Assembly: GCA_012295275.1 (NCBI GenBank)
Contig: CM022665.1
Location: 43,400,001 to 43,464,000, forward strand
Direction: 5' to 3'
Source: Chrysomallon squamiferum
Lineage: Eukaryota > Animalia > Mollusca
DNA: 64,000 bases
Position numbers and translations under genes: made by a program. The notes under the pieces were generated by a model. It saw only the letters and a list, made by a program, of their open reading frames with translations, was not told where the DNA came from and did no database searches. This document shows, piece after piece, positions 1 through 14,740 of this stretch. The number at the start of each line of letters is the position of its first letter. Positions within the stretch are counted from its first letter, which is position 1.

Positions 1-31
1 ACATCGATAAAAACCTATCGGGATAACTTAC

Positions 32-158
32 CAAGCACCGATCTTAAGTGCTTCAACCTAGTCACGGAATCTTTCTTTGGATCTGCAACCTTAAGAGCTG
101 ATCTTTTCAAATCTCCATGACTGGTTGTCTTCCTGAACATAGACAATGCTGAAGACAT
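32..158 (-). CDS. RALGAPA1: First coding exon of Ral GTPase-activating protein subunit alpha (gene continues beyond window start)
   Basis: Minus strand reads (MSSALS)MFRKTTSHGDLKRSALKVADPKKDSVTRLKHLRSVL+G, then a GTAAGT donor at 31..26 (phase 1). Matches the recalled N-terminus of vertebrate RALGAPA1 ([35 protein letters not shown]). In-frame ATGs at 158 and 140. Probably a co-ortholog of RALGAPA1/2. Confidence 0.88.
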
Positions 159-184
159 CTAGCTACTTGTCTATATACATCCGT

Positions 185-280
185 TTTGCCATTATGGGGG
201 CACTAAAGTTCACTGACAGATGAACGTTTCCCTATTCGCACAAATGGCGGTTCCTGCTTCTGACGCGCATGCGCTTGATT
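185..280. promoter_or_regulatory. Housekeeping-type promoter of RALGAPA (YY1, ETS and NRF1 motifs)
   Basis: CAAATGGCGG at 241-250 (YY1-like), TTCCTG at 251-256 (ETS core) and the perfect palindrome GCGCATGCGC at 265-274 (NRF1/Ewg), in a CpG-containing patch about 85-115 bp upstream of the first ATG. Confidence 0.6.
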
Positions 281-1445
281 TTCAAAGGGAAATAAGTAGA
301 CATTATTTAATGTTGTGCATCTCTCAAACTTCACTGAAGTTTGATCATTATAATTATATTGTGTAAATAAAAAAAACTTAAATTTAAGAGAAAGATCGTT
401 ATAGAAGATTTAAAAAAAATTGTTATTTTAAAATATTTCTTAGAACTGGGAGTTATGTTAAAAAGGGGAAATGGATTTCAGATCGTAATATGCAACAAGT
501 AGAAATATTTATTTATTTATTTATTTATTTATTGTTTGTTTGTTTGTTTGTTGTTATTATTTTTTCTTTGTCTATTAATTTTACTGAATTGATGTTTAAC
601 GAACTGCATTTTTTTTACTAAGTTACAAATCTTTAGGAGTAACCATGAAATAGTAAAGTAGTTTTTAAAATAATCTGTCTCCAAAACACACAACACACAC
701 ACACACACACACACACACACGTATAAATTTTTTTTTTTTTTTTTTTTTGAAGCATGCAGCCTGCTTCCTTATTCCTGCACACTTAAAAAAATAAACTGAA
801 ATAATAATAACAACAACAACATTAATGAATACATAATAAATGCGTGATGAATTAAAAACAATCATAATATATTTTGTTTAAATAAATAAATTTTAAAAAG
901 TGTGGGGAGAAAAATGTTTATGAATATAATACAGTTATGTTTAAGAATAATTAAATAAATATTCGTTAAACATTATTATTTTTTCCTACGTTTATTTCAT
1001 GGTCTACTTTCTATCGATTGTCATATATAAGTAATTATCTGCAACTTTCAATATAACAGTCTTATGAAACTGGCTTCAAAGAGACCTATTTTTACCGTAC
1101 GGTCACTGAGAACTGATTCTGCGACACGTCACGTTTTCAGAAAACCTTCATTTATATATTACATCTTGCGAAAGTTATCCAATTAGCTTAATATAAAATA
1201 TATATATATATAAACGTACAAAAAACAGATGTTATTAAAGCATTATGGTTTATAGTTTAAGACGTAGTTTATTGTGTTTTATTTTCCTGACGCTGTTTTC
1301 TTTAATCAAGATAATGTAAAATCAAATCTTGCATTAGTAAATAGCACTTTAACGTTGTACTTTCGATAACATAAAAATGTTCACTGTTCTTAATATACAA
1401 ACTGCTTTCTGCACTTTTATTCAGTTCAAGGTTCATTGTCTTTAC

Positions 1446-1703
1446 TGGGGCGGATCCAGCTTTTCTGATGAGGTGGGGTCAACAGAAAAAGGGCGACCAT
1501 AACGTTATGAAAAGGCACTACTGAAAAATTACACACGGACCCTAATATAATAGTACTATAGCATTGATGCTGGAAAACGTACTTTACAGTGTTCTATAAA
1601 CAGACAGAAATTTAAAAAAATAAAAATAAAAAATGAATTTGTAAAAAACCTAAAAATCCTAAGTAAAAGTGGCAGTTCTGAAATTTGATGGGGGATCCGG
1701 ACT
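1446..1703. mobile_element. Possible truncated non-autonomous DNA transposon (GGGGCGGATCCAG-type terminus)
   Basis: GC-rich GGGGCGGATCCAG at about 1447 and GGGGGATCCGGAC at about 1690 in AT-rich DNA. No complete matching TIR or TSD found. Confidence 0.25.
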
Positions 1704-2626
1704 ATCAATCAGGAAACCGTAAACCAATATCCGAAATTTGTGCGTGTGCTGGTTAAAATTTCTTTTTAAAAGTCTTTCTGTTTGTTTAGAATAGTTGTGT
1801 AACATTTCCTATTATAATGATACTGTTTTTTATTGTTGCTGTCATTGTCGTTATTATTATTATACTTATTACTGTTGTTGTTGCTGTTGATACTGTTTGT
1901 GTACTGTGAAATTTTATTGTCATTTTTTTTGTTGTTATTATTATTGTTATAACTGTTGTTATATTTGTAGTTTTTGTTGATGTTGTTGTTGTTATTATTA
2001 TTGCTTCTGCTGCTGTCATAGATGCTGCCGAGAAATGTAATTTAGCTATTATGATTGTTATTAAAAAATCTATTAAAAGTTCTAATAACGATCATGAAAA
2101 TTATATTTTAATTTGACTAATATAAATATATAGAGGACAAATAATTAGCTTAATATTTTTGATTGTTGCGAAGAATTAAGTATGTGACCATCTATTAAAT
2201 CTATTTCTGACGTCATCACTTCTATAAATAAATGCAGACGTCAACAATTGATTTACGTCATTAACAAACTTGGAGCTGCGGTTGGGGCAGGGTAGAGAGC
2301 AGACAAGCTAAATCTGTAAGTTAAATATTTCATTATATAGGAAAATAGCAAACTATTTCATATTGTTTAATAATATTTAATATATTATTCTTCAACAATC
2401 ACATTTTCACGAAACGCTTATGACATCAACCAACATTAAAAAATGACTAAAAAATGCTGTTCTACATTATGACGTCGTACTTTTTTTTTTCTTTTCTTAT
2501 TTCTCTCTCTTCCTATAGACCAATTCTTCACTTAGCATACTGATTACAAAAATGTTCACATAGAATTCTTTTTGAAATTACTTTTTATCCCATGATATTA
2601 TTTTAACACATATATACAAATATTAT

Positions 2627-2686
<60 letters not shown>

Positions 2687-2779
2687 TAACTGTATTAATA
2701 TCGTAATCACTTTTAACTACTGCCTCATTAACATACTTTAATTTATAAGCTTTAATTTCTTATAATAATTCATACATAT

Positions 2780-2926
2780 ATACCCATCACTGTAAGAAAC
2801 ATTCACACCTTCTCTCTCACTCACAAACATATGCACTCACTCTCTTTCGCACAAAAACACACAGTCATATATACCCACTCCTCCTTTCACATTCACACAC
2901 ATACCCAGTCTTCCAAAACACACACA

Positions 2927-2968
<42 letters not shown>

Positions 2969-5900
2969 CGCATCTTTTCTCTTCTCCACACATACCGTTT
3001 ACATACCTATCCTCTCTCTGATGCACACGCACATACGTACACTCTCTATCGCATACCCACCTCTTCTAATACACATTCATACATATACCCATACATATTC
3101 TCTCTTCCACAAACACATAAATCCACTCTCTATCCCACACATATAAACAGACACATACACACACATACACATTTTCATCTTCTCTCTGACCTACACACAT
3201 ACATCTGTCTCTATCCCACACATATACACAGATACATACACATTCATCTAATACACACACATTCATACACCTATACATCTTCTGTCTTCCCCACACACAT
3301 ACGTCCACTCTCTATCGCACACACATACACGGATACATACGTACTATGCTAATACACATGCATCTATACTTTTTCTCTCTTCTCCACACACACATACACA
3401 GATAAATACACATACATACATATATACACATATTCACCGTCTCTCTTTATCACACACATATGTCCACTCTATAGCGCACACACATACACAGATACATACA
3501 CACTCTTCTAATACACATTCATACATATATACACCTATACATATCTCTCTTCTCCATACACATACTCATACACATACTCTTCTAATATACACCTATACAC
3601 CTTCTCTTATCCACACACATACAGTCACTCTCCATCACACACACATACACAGATACATACCCACTCTTCTATTAACACATTCATACGTACACATATTCAC
3701 TTTCTCTATTACCCACACACATATGTCCACTCTCTATCCCACACTTATACACAGCCACATACACACTCTTCTAATACACAAACATACATATATACATACA
3801 ACTATATACCCCTTTATCTATTACTTTCCACTTACATACGTCCACTCTCTATTACACACATACACAGATACACACCTATCTTCTTCTAATACACAAACAT
3901 ACATACACCTATACATTTTTCTCTTTCCCCCATACACATACGTCCACTCTCTATCGCACACACATACACAGATACATACCCACTCTTTCTAATACACAAA
4001 CGTACATACATACACCATACGCCTTTTCTATATACCTTCTTGTCCACACTCTACACACACATATACAAACATATACAGACACACACTCTTCTAATACACA
4101 TACGCATGTATACCTTTCTGTCCCACACATACACATACTTTCTCTATCGCACATACATATAAACACTATATATACATTCTTCTAATACACAGACATACAC
4201 AAACACCCATATACATATTCTTTCTCCATACACACACATACACAGATACATACATCATTTCTTTTCTAATACCATTCACACATACCATACACATATATCA
4301 CTCATCCATCGCATATACATATTACACAGATACATAACCACTCTTTTCATATACACATTCATACATACACCTATACACATACATACTTCATCTATCGCAC
4401 ACACATTCTTCTAATACACATACATACATATCTTCAGCTATCTAATTCTCATTCATCACACATCACACACACACATACACATATACATACATCCACTTCT
4501 ACTAATACACATATAATACATATCTATACTATATCTTTCTTTCCCCATACACAAACATCCAGACTCCATCACACACACTATACACATATATACTTTCTAA
4601 TACACAAACACACATAGACAAAACATACACCTTCTCTCTTATCCACACACAATGTCATACTCTACATCACACCCACAAACATACAAACAGACATACATAA
4701 CCATTCTTCTATATACACACACATATATACTATACATCTTTCTCTTTTTCACAAACATAGACATCTTCTATAGCACACACATACACAGATTCATATCCTC
4801 TTTCTATACACATATATATACATACATATTCACCACTTACATACACATCTACATCTATATTGCACACACATACACAGCCACATACACACTCTTCTAATAC
4901 ACAAACATACACACATACAACTATATATCTTTTCTATTACCCATTACACATACGTCCACTCTCTATTCCAAACACATACAAAGTGACAGACACACTCTTC
5001 TAATACACATACACACATACGCCTATATATACTTCTTGTCTTACCCACACACATCCACATCCTATCTATCCACAAACATACACACAGATACATACCCACT
5101 CTTCTAATACAGACATACATACATACACCTAAACACTTCTCCCATACATCCTTCTCCATCACACACACATACATACATCACATACCCCATCTTTTCATAC
5201 ATATTCACACAGATACATGTCCACTCTTTTAATACATTCATTCATACATACTGTCATATCACACATACATACATATATACACACTTTATATACACATCTT
5301 CCACACACCCATACATACACAGATACATAACCATACTTTTCTTTACATATATATTCACACAGATCAAAACATCTTCTCTCTTTTACCATACACATACATC
5401 CACTTTCATATTGCACACACATACACAGCCACATACACATATTTCTAATACACAAACATAATATACATACATATAATTTTATAACTTTTTCTATTACGTC
5501 CCACTATCCCATACATCCACTTTCTATCACATTTATACACATATACACAGATACAAAACCAATTCTATTCACATACACACAATAAACACACATACATACA
5601 ATACAACATACATACACCTATACATATTTCTCTCTTCCCCCACACAAACTTCCACTCTCTATCGCATGCCCATACACAGATACATACATACATCTCTTCT
5701 AATCTACATTCATACATATACAACTATATACCTTATATCTTCCCTATACATACTTCCCCACTGTAGTGCAAACACATATACACAGCCACATATACACTCT
5801 TTCTAAAACACAAAGATACTCACACACATACACCATACACACCATATACACATAACTTTTCTTACATTCCACACACATTTGTCCACTCTCTATCCCACAC

Positions 5901-7730
5901 ATAAACACAGATAGATACACAAACATACATAAACCTATACACCTCTATTACCCACAAACATACGTCCACTCTCTATCGCATGCACATAAACAGATACATA
6001 CCCACTCTTCTAATACATATTCACAAATACATCTAAACATCTTCTCTCTATCACACACACATACACAGATACATACCCACTCTTCTAATACATATTCACA
6101 AATACATCTAAACATGTACGCACATAAACAGATACATACCCACACTTCTAATACATATTCACAAATACATCTAAACATCTTCTCTCTATCACACAAACAT
6201 ACACAGATACATACAGTATTCCCTCGCTATTCGCGGGGGTTACGTTCTTTACCCCCCCCCCGCGAATAGCGAAAAACCGCGAATATTGGATGCAGTTTTA
6301 AAACGTCTATTATGAGATTATATACGGTACTAAATGCTTCCCAAACATTTTCTAAAGACACTCTTACTCATTAATACAGTAATAATGTAGTAATATTGCA
6401 TGCAGTTATGTATTTCACTAATGTAGTAATGATAATGTAAACACATTTTAATTTTTTAACTGAAACAATATTTTAATCAGAAAGAAACGTAAGTACATGA
6501 GGACAGTAACACCGCATAGCATAGTTACCCATACAGTATTACTGCACCGTAAAGTCATTTTCTATGCGTACAACATATGTATTAGAATTGACAGAAAGTG
6601 GAACAAATTTAAAGGCAAAACAGACAGATAAATACAGTACACACAGTTCAGGTAATAATATGCAATTAAAAACATTATTAATACACGGTCACAAAAATAT
6701 GCACTGTATATACAGTGTATGCATTTATAAAAAAAATACGTACTGTATTGCAATAATAAATGAAAAAATTTGATATTGTTTGTGCGGTTTACCGAGCATT
6801 TGTTTTTATGACGTTATGACGCTAGCCTGGTATACCAGCATACGATGCGATAGGGTTAAGAGCCTAACCCGCGAATATGCGGGGCCGCGAATGGGGAACC
6901 GCGAATAGGTGAGGGTATACTGTACTTACTCTTTACAAATACATATTCACAAATACATCTAAACATGCACGGGCATAAACAGATACATACCCATTCTTCT
7001 AATACACATACATACACCTATACATCTTCTCTCTTCCCAACTCACATACGTCCACTCTCTATCGCACACATATACACACATACCCACCCTTCTAATACCA
7101 CTCACGTAAGTCCTCTCTATCGCACACATAAATACACAGCCACATATACACTCTTCTAACACACATAAAAACATACATACACCTATACATTTTCTCTCTT
7201 CCCCATACACATAACTTCACTCTCTATCCCACATATATATACTCAGATACATACACACTTTTCTAATACATACATACATACAACTATACACCTCTCTTAC
7301 CCACACAAATACGTCCACTCTCTGTCGCACACCCATACACAGATACACTACACACGCTTCTAATACACACATTCATACGTACATACACCTATGCACCTAT
7401 ACTACAACCATTCATCCCCTCTCTATCCCACACATACACAGATACCACATACATATACATACACCTACACACCTTCTCTCATCCCCACACACATACGCCC
7501 ACTCTCTATCGCACACCCAAACACAGATTCATACTCATTCTTCTAATACACATACATACATACACCTATACATCTTCTCTTATACCCAGTCACATACGTC
7601 CACAATCCATCGCACACCCAAACACAGATTAGCCACATGGTCATTCTCTGTCATTCACATTCTTTTTCACACATGCAAACTCCCTCTCTCTGATTCACAA
7701 ACACATACATCCACTATCTTTCGAGCACAC
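2780..7730. repeat. Degenerate CA/TA-rich compound satellite
   Basis: Recurring modules such as ACACATACACAGATACATACCCACTCTTCTAATACAC and CGTCCACTCTCTATCGCAC over about 5 kb. Source of the His/Thr- and Cys/Val-rich spurious ORFs. Confidence 0.9.
6214..6922. mobile_element. Tc1/mariner-pogo (Tigger-like) MITE inserted into the satellite
   Basis: TIRs CAGTATTCCCTCGCTATTCGCGG (left) and CAGTATACCCTCACCTATTCGCGG (revcomp of right). TA duplications at 6212-6213 and 6923-6924. Removing the element restores a satellite-like unit (ACAGATACATA|CTTACTCTT). Confidence 0.88.
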
Positions 7731-9009
7731 GTGTATTTGTATTATTTTTATTTTTATATTTTTTGTAAAGTAACAAAATACAACGAGCGTTTCGAGAAAG
7801 GTTGAGTGTTGAAGAAAGATATAATCGTAATCTGCTCTGATTCTGCCTTAACCACACCTCTGAGTTTGAATGTTCAAAATCGGATTTTAATTTTTCGAAA
7901 TTGGCATCTAGGATTTTTTTTTTTTTAAATGTAACATTATTTGTATGTATTCCGATTTATTTTATTTTGGCGAACTGTCTAAATTATTTTAGTTATGTTT
8001 TTATTTAGGCCGACGCTTCTAAATGTATTCACAGTATACGACACAGGAAAGGCACTTTGAAATTATTGTGTTACAAATATATAAATAATATTTTCAAAAT
8101 GGAATTGAAAAATTAAACAATATATGTTTTAATGATAATTTATCACCTGTCATAATTTGTTTAGCAGGCTTAGTAAGAAGAAAGAAATAAGAAATTAAAG
8201 AAGAACTATATACTTGTATCAAAATTTAATTTAATAATTAGGTGTCTGAAAAGAGGACTAATTTGTATTATTCATTTTATTTTCTTAATTTAATAATTAA
8301 AACAAATAAGAAATGCATGTAGATAAATCTTATTAATGAGTTATAAAATAAATAATAATAATCATTCAGTTTTCTTGATTCAAAGTACTTTGGATATATA
8401 TTATCAAACATGAAAAAAAACACTACAGCTATTTTTAAGTTAACTGAAAAGTCGTAGAAAAATAAATAAAATAAAATGAATAAATAAACAGAAATAATAA
8501 AATTATGAAGTTAAAATATCATAATAAATAATAAATAAATGAATAAATAAATAAATAAATAAACAAATTAATCAATAAATAAATAAATAGACAAATAAGT
8601 AAATAAGCAAACAAATAAACAGATAAATAAATAAATAAATATTTTACAAGCATTTCTCTGTGTCATATACTTTGAACAAAATTTTGACAGGCATCATTCC
8701 TCACCAAGTAATCTTAAAATATTATTTCATAATAAATTTAAATAAACAAATATTCTGTGTACCTTAAATGCAGCGACAGTGAGTCACCTGGTGAGTGATG
8801 ACACCCCCACCTCTGAGTGGCTAATACGGGAACTCAAACTTGAAATTGAGCTACTGGGGGACTGTTCACCACAGGTACAGAACAAAAAACTTAAATATGT
8901 ATGTAATTAAGCATGTATGTACAATTGTGTGCTGTTGTGCAAGTAAAGCAGTACAAACCAGAATCTAGAAACTGAATGAAAAAGTCACGGTACAGCTCAC
9001 AGTTTCAGT

Positions 9010-9960
9010 TATGCACTGTTAGAGCTTGTAGCATTCACAGCATAAGCAACACGTTTGGGACAATGAAAGAACTATCTCTGTTCTTTTCACACTCTCCAAA
9101 GAGGTAGTGGACACCTAGAACAGATCTTTGATTTTTGCGTCAGGCAAGAAGAAGTTTTTGACGACTTGTGTCGAACTCGCTGGACAGAAAAAACAGTGTC
9201 GTATTTGAGACAAAAAGGTCAGCACAGTTGACCCGTGTGATAGCCGCTATCTGTTTGTCACTGAGAACAGCAACAAGTGGAATTTCGATACCCTAACCAA
9301 GTACCGGGTACTGAAAACAGCAAACACAGGGGCCAACGTCCTCGAATCGTTTGTCACCACTAGGAACTGCTGTGAGACGTCAGAAGAAAGCTCGGGACAC
9401 TCAGTATGCTTAAAGTCAGATCGATGGAGCAGCCAATGCACTGATGTGGACGCCAGCTTCACTACTTGGATATGGCGACAAACATCAGCGAAGAGATGTG
9501 ACCGTAACAACAGACAAACATTCCGAGAGAATCAGTCAGAAAAGAGGTTCTGAAGAGTGCTACACGTAAAAAATACAGCAGTGCCATTTTTGGACCACCT
9601 ACTTTCCGCCGAGTTCAGCAGTCGCTTCAGATGTATGCAACTTGTCTTTGACGGACTCATTGTCAGGGTTGATGCAGAAAATGCTGAAATCACTGAGAAC
9701 GCATTCCAGCTTCCAGATGGTCTCCAAGACCTGTCGGTGCTGTAGAAGTCCAAATGAACTCCAAGCAGGATTTCATCGTTGGTGTGTTAAGTGCAGCCTG
9801 GACTTTTCTCCCCAATCTCTACGTCATGTTGTGACTGCTGTCCACACTTCCAGTGACAACAGCTGAACACGAGAGAAACATCAATGTACTCAGGCACGCT
9901 GAAAAGCTGCCTCAGATCAACAATGACCAGCGAGCTGTCTGTGTGGATAGGAACTTCTGA
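9010..9960 (+). pseudogene. Decayed hAT-superfamily transposase (ZMYM1/PRKRIR(THAP12)-like, with hATC dimerisation remnant)
   Basis: Fragments in different frames: MKELSLFFSHSPKR (9063), RQTFREN, TAVPFLDHLLSAEFSSRF (ORF 9557-9745), TLPVTTAEHERN (9844) and LKSCLRSTMTSE (9899-9934). These follow the hAT motifs FF..SPKR, PFLD.L..E...RF and LPVT....ER.FS...RLK..LRSTM..ERL. Multiple stops and frameshifts. Confidence 0.8.
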
Positions 9961-10040
9961 ACCTGTACAGAGACATTCACGTTGACGTGTCTGCAGTCCT
10001 TGGTTCATTATTCACTTCGTCATCGTTAGTATCATCATCT

Positions 10041-10074
<34 letters not shown>

Positions 10075-10090
10075 TTTCTTCTGTTTCTTG

Positions 10091-10145
<55 letters not shown>

Positions 10146-11347
10146 ATTTGAGTATACTACGGACAAAAGGTAAACAACAGCATCCACGAATCACTGCTGT
10201 GCAGAATATTATTTTAACTTTATTATTATTAAAGACTGAAGAGTTAAATAAATTAATCTTTTTGGAAGAATAGAACATTTATTACATCTCTTTTTGTTAG
10301 AACTGTACCTGAAAATCTTTAACGAAAAAACAAAACAAAATTATAATGAAAAATAAAATTACGTTAATATAAAGACAGAGTATGTGTCATGATACAGTTA
10401 AAATACCTTATATCTTCCTCGTTAAAAAACTTATGAAATTACATCTCCGTTTTTTATTTGTTTGTTATTGGGTTTTTTCTTTTTTTTTGCCTATTATTAA
10501 TTGCCCGTCTGTGATATTGCTTTTATTACATACCCGTGTAAAAATAAAGGTTAATGAAAAGCAGACAAAGTGAATTAAACACAAGCGAAACTTCAATAAC
10601 ATTACAAATAATATATTACCGACCCGCCATCTAATTTCGCGCAAAGTCGTAATTTCTCTCAGTTTTCCGAACAAATATTGGACTTGGCAGCTGAAAAGGT
10701 TCTTGAAAGAAATATTGTTTTTTTGTTTTTTTTCCTGTATTTCTCTGATCTAATAAAGTGAATGTGATCTTTCATGAATGTGATCTTTCATTAAATGAGG
10801 TCAAACTATAGATATAAAATATTAACCAAGATGACGTTTACCGACCTTCATTATCATCCATTGGTTATGTTTTTTTCTAGGAATAGACGAATATATATGT
10901 TTTTACAAACCCTCTCAGACTGTTTTATATTAACGGTTATTGCATGTCAAACATGGTTTTTTATTAAAAGTAAAATATCTAAGACTGATGACTCGCTGCT
11001 GTCAGTGGGAAGGTTACTCTTTAAGCGTGATTTTAAACTGAACCTGTGGTCGATATGGGACTACCTTTGGTTTACTTACTAATTCATTTGTAACCTAAGT
11101 ATTAATTCATAAAGTAGGAATTCCTATAGCGAAGTATAATTACTAAAAAAAATAAAAAATAAAAAAATAAAGCATTAAGCGCTGTTAAATTCCCATGGAA
11201 ACAAGAGGGGTATATACAGTATTCAACATGTTAAAATAAAACAGTATTGTATTTGAATGTTGTTATTACTAATGCGGAAAAGAAATTAAAAGACTACTAC
11301 TACTACTACTACAAGTACTAATGATAATAACAATAATAACAACAAAC

Positions 11348-11406
<59 letters not shown>

Positions 11407-12028
11407 TAATAAAAGCATTAGAAAGTGTATAATATCGAATTAAAGCTAATAAAATAATAATTGGTTAAACTGCTCGTTGTCTGCTTCTCTGCATTAGTAA
11501 TGTTGCTGTTGTTTCTCTTATAAGGGAGAAGAATAAATGTTTACATACATACATACATACATGTATCTTCAGATATACGTAGGTTACTTAAAACAGGTAT
11601 TTGTGTGGTAAAGTATGTCTGTAATTATGAAACGATTCTACAAACAAAACGACTAGCTTAATTAATATTTCTGTTTTTGTAAATCAATTTATAAACATCA
11701 CTGAAGAACAAACATATATATATAAAGAGGTACGCTAATGCAGATGAAGAATTAATCGCGTTTAATGAATAAAAAAAAAAAATAAAAGAGAGATAGACGA
11801 TAATAAAGCTAATGTTTGTTTTTATAGGACTCTTCTGATAGGTTAAATAAATCACGTGACTCGGTCATTCACAGATACAAAACGCTGTTCTGCTTACAAG
11901 ATGTAACATACTTTTTGTTACCGTTGGCTTGACAACTGTCCAGAGAATTAAAAATTGGGTAAGCAAGATATTTTTAAATGTATAAAGTGTCTCTAAAGGA
12001 AAAACTTAATTATTTATCTGTTTAATTG

Positions 12029-12067
<39 letters not shown>

Positions 12068-12749
12068 TGTTATTTATTATTTATTATTTATTTTTTATTC
12101 TTATTAATGTAAATTTTTTTAATTCATATATTTATTTTATTTTTTTTTTTGTATATGTGTGTTTTGTTTTATATAATTTTGTTTTTTTTAATTTTTTTTT
12201 TATTATTTATATTTATCTTACTTCGCAGTAATATTGATTTTAAATCGATAACATTATCTGGAAAGTTTGTAAAATTGTTTGTTTATTTATTTATTTATTA
12301 TTATTATAATAATTATAATTATTATTATTATTTTTATTATTTTTATTATTATTTTATTATTATTTTTATTTTTATTGTTGTTTTGATATACTGATTTCAC
12401 CAGATCTATCCACGGGGTAATGTCACTAACTGAATTTTGCTTAATTTTAAATATGTTTGCACTAACAACATATTCACACTGACGCACTTAAACTGAGAAA
12501 AATGCAAACCATCGAGATAACACTGACTTCAGTTGTTGAGGGCAGCAAAAAATAAAATTATAAATAATTTGAAAAATTAAGCTTATAATCGTAAAACTGA
12601 AAAAAAAAAAATAAAGTAAGAAATAAAAAAATAAACCCCCATACATACCTACGTACACATACTCACACATACATACATACATACATAACAATAACACACA
12701 CACACACATATATATATATATACGTACACATATACATATACATATATAC

Positions 12750-12890
12750 CGACGCTAACTTCGTTTGTCTTCGGAGTGCGGGTGAATGGGTGCCATACGT
12801 TCGAGTCTCGTCAACGGCATCTGACGGGTTTATGAATTGATTGGATATCCTCCTGCGTCAGTGCGTTCCTGAATATTGTCTGCACATTGT
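12750..12890 (+). mobile_element. Possible tRNA-derived SINE fragment
   Basis: B-box GTTCGAGTC at 12799-12807 followed by tRNA-3'-like TCGTCAACGGCA. No clear A-box or cloverleaf. Confidence 0.25.
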
Positions 12891-12974
12891 CAATATTCAG
12901 AACCAATTCAGACGTACATAAGACAGATAATATTCAAAATCCAAACTACATATATATATATATATATATATATA

Positions 12975-13480
12975 CGACGAGTTACGAAGCCGCCCGGTCG
13001 ATTTTATGCTTTGAGTTGCGAGCCAAAATCCGTGTTGAGCGAGCTGCAGGTAGTCTCACGCTAGTTGGCGCAACGAACAACACAACATCCGCCCAGCATC
13101 CCGCATATTCTATGGTTATATGAAAGCATCTCTGTTGTGCTCGGATGCGTATTTTGCCAAATTTCCATGGATCCTAAGAAAGTGAGTGCAAAGGACAGTG
13201 CTGAGAAGAAGAAGCGGATGGTATCCATCGAATTAAAGCATGAAATCATACAAAAACTTTTACGATATGTACCATACTCAAGCAGAAGGAGTTGATAAAG
13301 GCTGTAACTCCAGCCAAAGGCGTTAAAAAAATTTCTAAGCTTCGGACCTCTATCCATGAAAAGATGGAGAAACACTAAACCATGTACACTTTACAAAACC
13401 AATTTATTTCTTTACAGTCTCTTTTATTTTACTTTTTTTTTTATACAATATTTGTCATTTATAAATACATTTTTCTATCA
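12975..13480 (+). mobile_element. Tigger/pogo transposon deletion derivative, copy 1 (CENP-B/psq-type HTH N-terminus)
   Basis: Encodes MDPKKVSAKDSAEKKKRMVSIELKHEIIQK. Colinear with the copy at 42400-42988 (minus strand), including the shared AT-rich segment ACACTTTACAAAACCAATTTATTTC. Confidence 0.85.
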
Positions 13481-13764
13481 GCGGATTACTGTTAAAGTAA
13501 CAAAAACAATGGAAATTCACTAACTGGGGGAATCATTCGCTTGCTTTTCGTGATTAATAACGGTGACCTTGTGAAAGTGTAGTAAACACCATCAGTCCAA
13601 AAAATCATCAAGTCATGAAACACGTGCGGTTACTGCTTCGGGCTGTAAGCTGCGTTCTGACGTGCAAGTGATTATTAGAATGTTCATCAATACTTGTGTA
13701 ATTGTTTTTCCCCACTGTACGCCGTGGTGGGCTCTTTATACGCGTTAGTTCATCAGAGCAGTTT

Positions 13765-14740
13765 GTTGTCATAAAACACAGAGATAGGTAAGATTTTTGC
13801 TCATAAAACACAGAGATAGGTAAGATTTTTACTCATAAAACACAATGATATGTATGATTTTTACTCATGAAACAGAGACGTAAGATTTTTGGCTTATAAA
13901 ACAATGATATGTATGATTTTTACTCATAAAACAAAGATATGTAAGATTTTTTGCTCATAAAACACAATGATATGTATGATTTTTACTCATAAAACAGAGA
14001 TACGTAACATTTTTACTCATAAAACACAACGATATGTATGATTTTTTTTGGTCATCCAATAAAAATATATAGGTAAGATGATTACTCATAAAACACACAG
14101 ATATCTATGATTTTGTACTCAGAAAACACACAGGTATGAATGATTTTTGCTCGTAAAACATACACAGATATGTATGATATTTACTCGTAAAACACACACA
14201 CATATATATACGTTACTAATAAAATACACATAGATATGTAAAATTTGTACTAAGAAAACACAAATAGATTCGTATGATGTTTATTCGTAAAACAAACATA
14301 GCTATGTAAGATTTATTGCTCGTAAAACATAAACAGATATGTAAGATATTTACTCGTAAAACACACACACATATATATACGTTACTAATAAAATACACAT
14401 AGATATGTAAAATTTGTACTATGAAAACACAAATAGATTCGTATGATGTTTATTCGTAAAACAAACATAGCTATGTAAGATTTATTGCTCGTAAAACATA
14501 AACAGATATGTAAGATATTTACTCTTAAAACACACACATATATATGTATGAACTTTACTCATAAAACATACAATGATATGAGTGATTTTTACTTACAAAA
14601 CACACATAGACAGGTAAAATTTGTACTAAGAAAACATACAATGATATGTGTATGATTTTTACTTACAAAACACACATAGATACGTATGATGTTTATTCGT
14701 AACACAAACACAGCTATGTAAGGTTTTTACTCGTAGGTAA
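13765..14740. repeat. Minisatellite, about 30-33 bp unit (TTTTACTCATAAAACACAGAGATATGTAAGA) with a 169-bp higher-order duplication
   Basis: Tandem units visible by eye. The block starting GTTACTAATAAAATAC occurs at 14212 and again at 14381, nearly identical. Confidence 0.9.

Noticed and set aside
2831-7210. His/Thr-rich and Cys/Val-rich ORFs
   Set aside because: Translations of CA/TG-rich satellite. No coding signature or splice structure.
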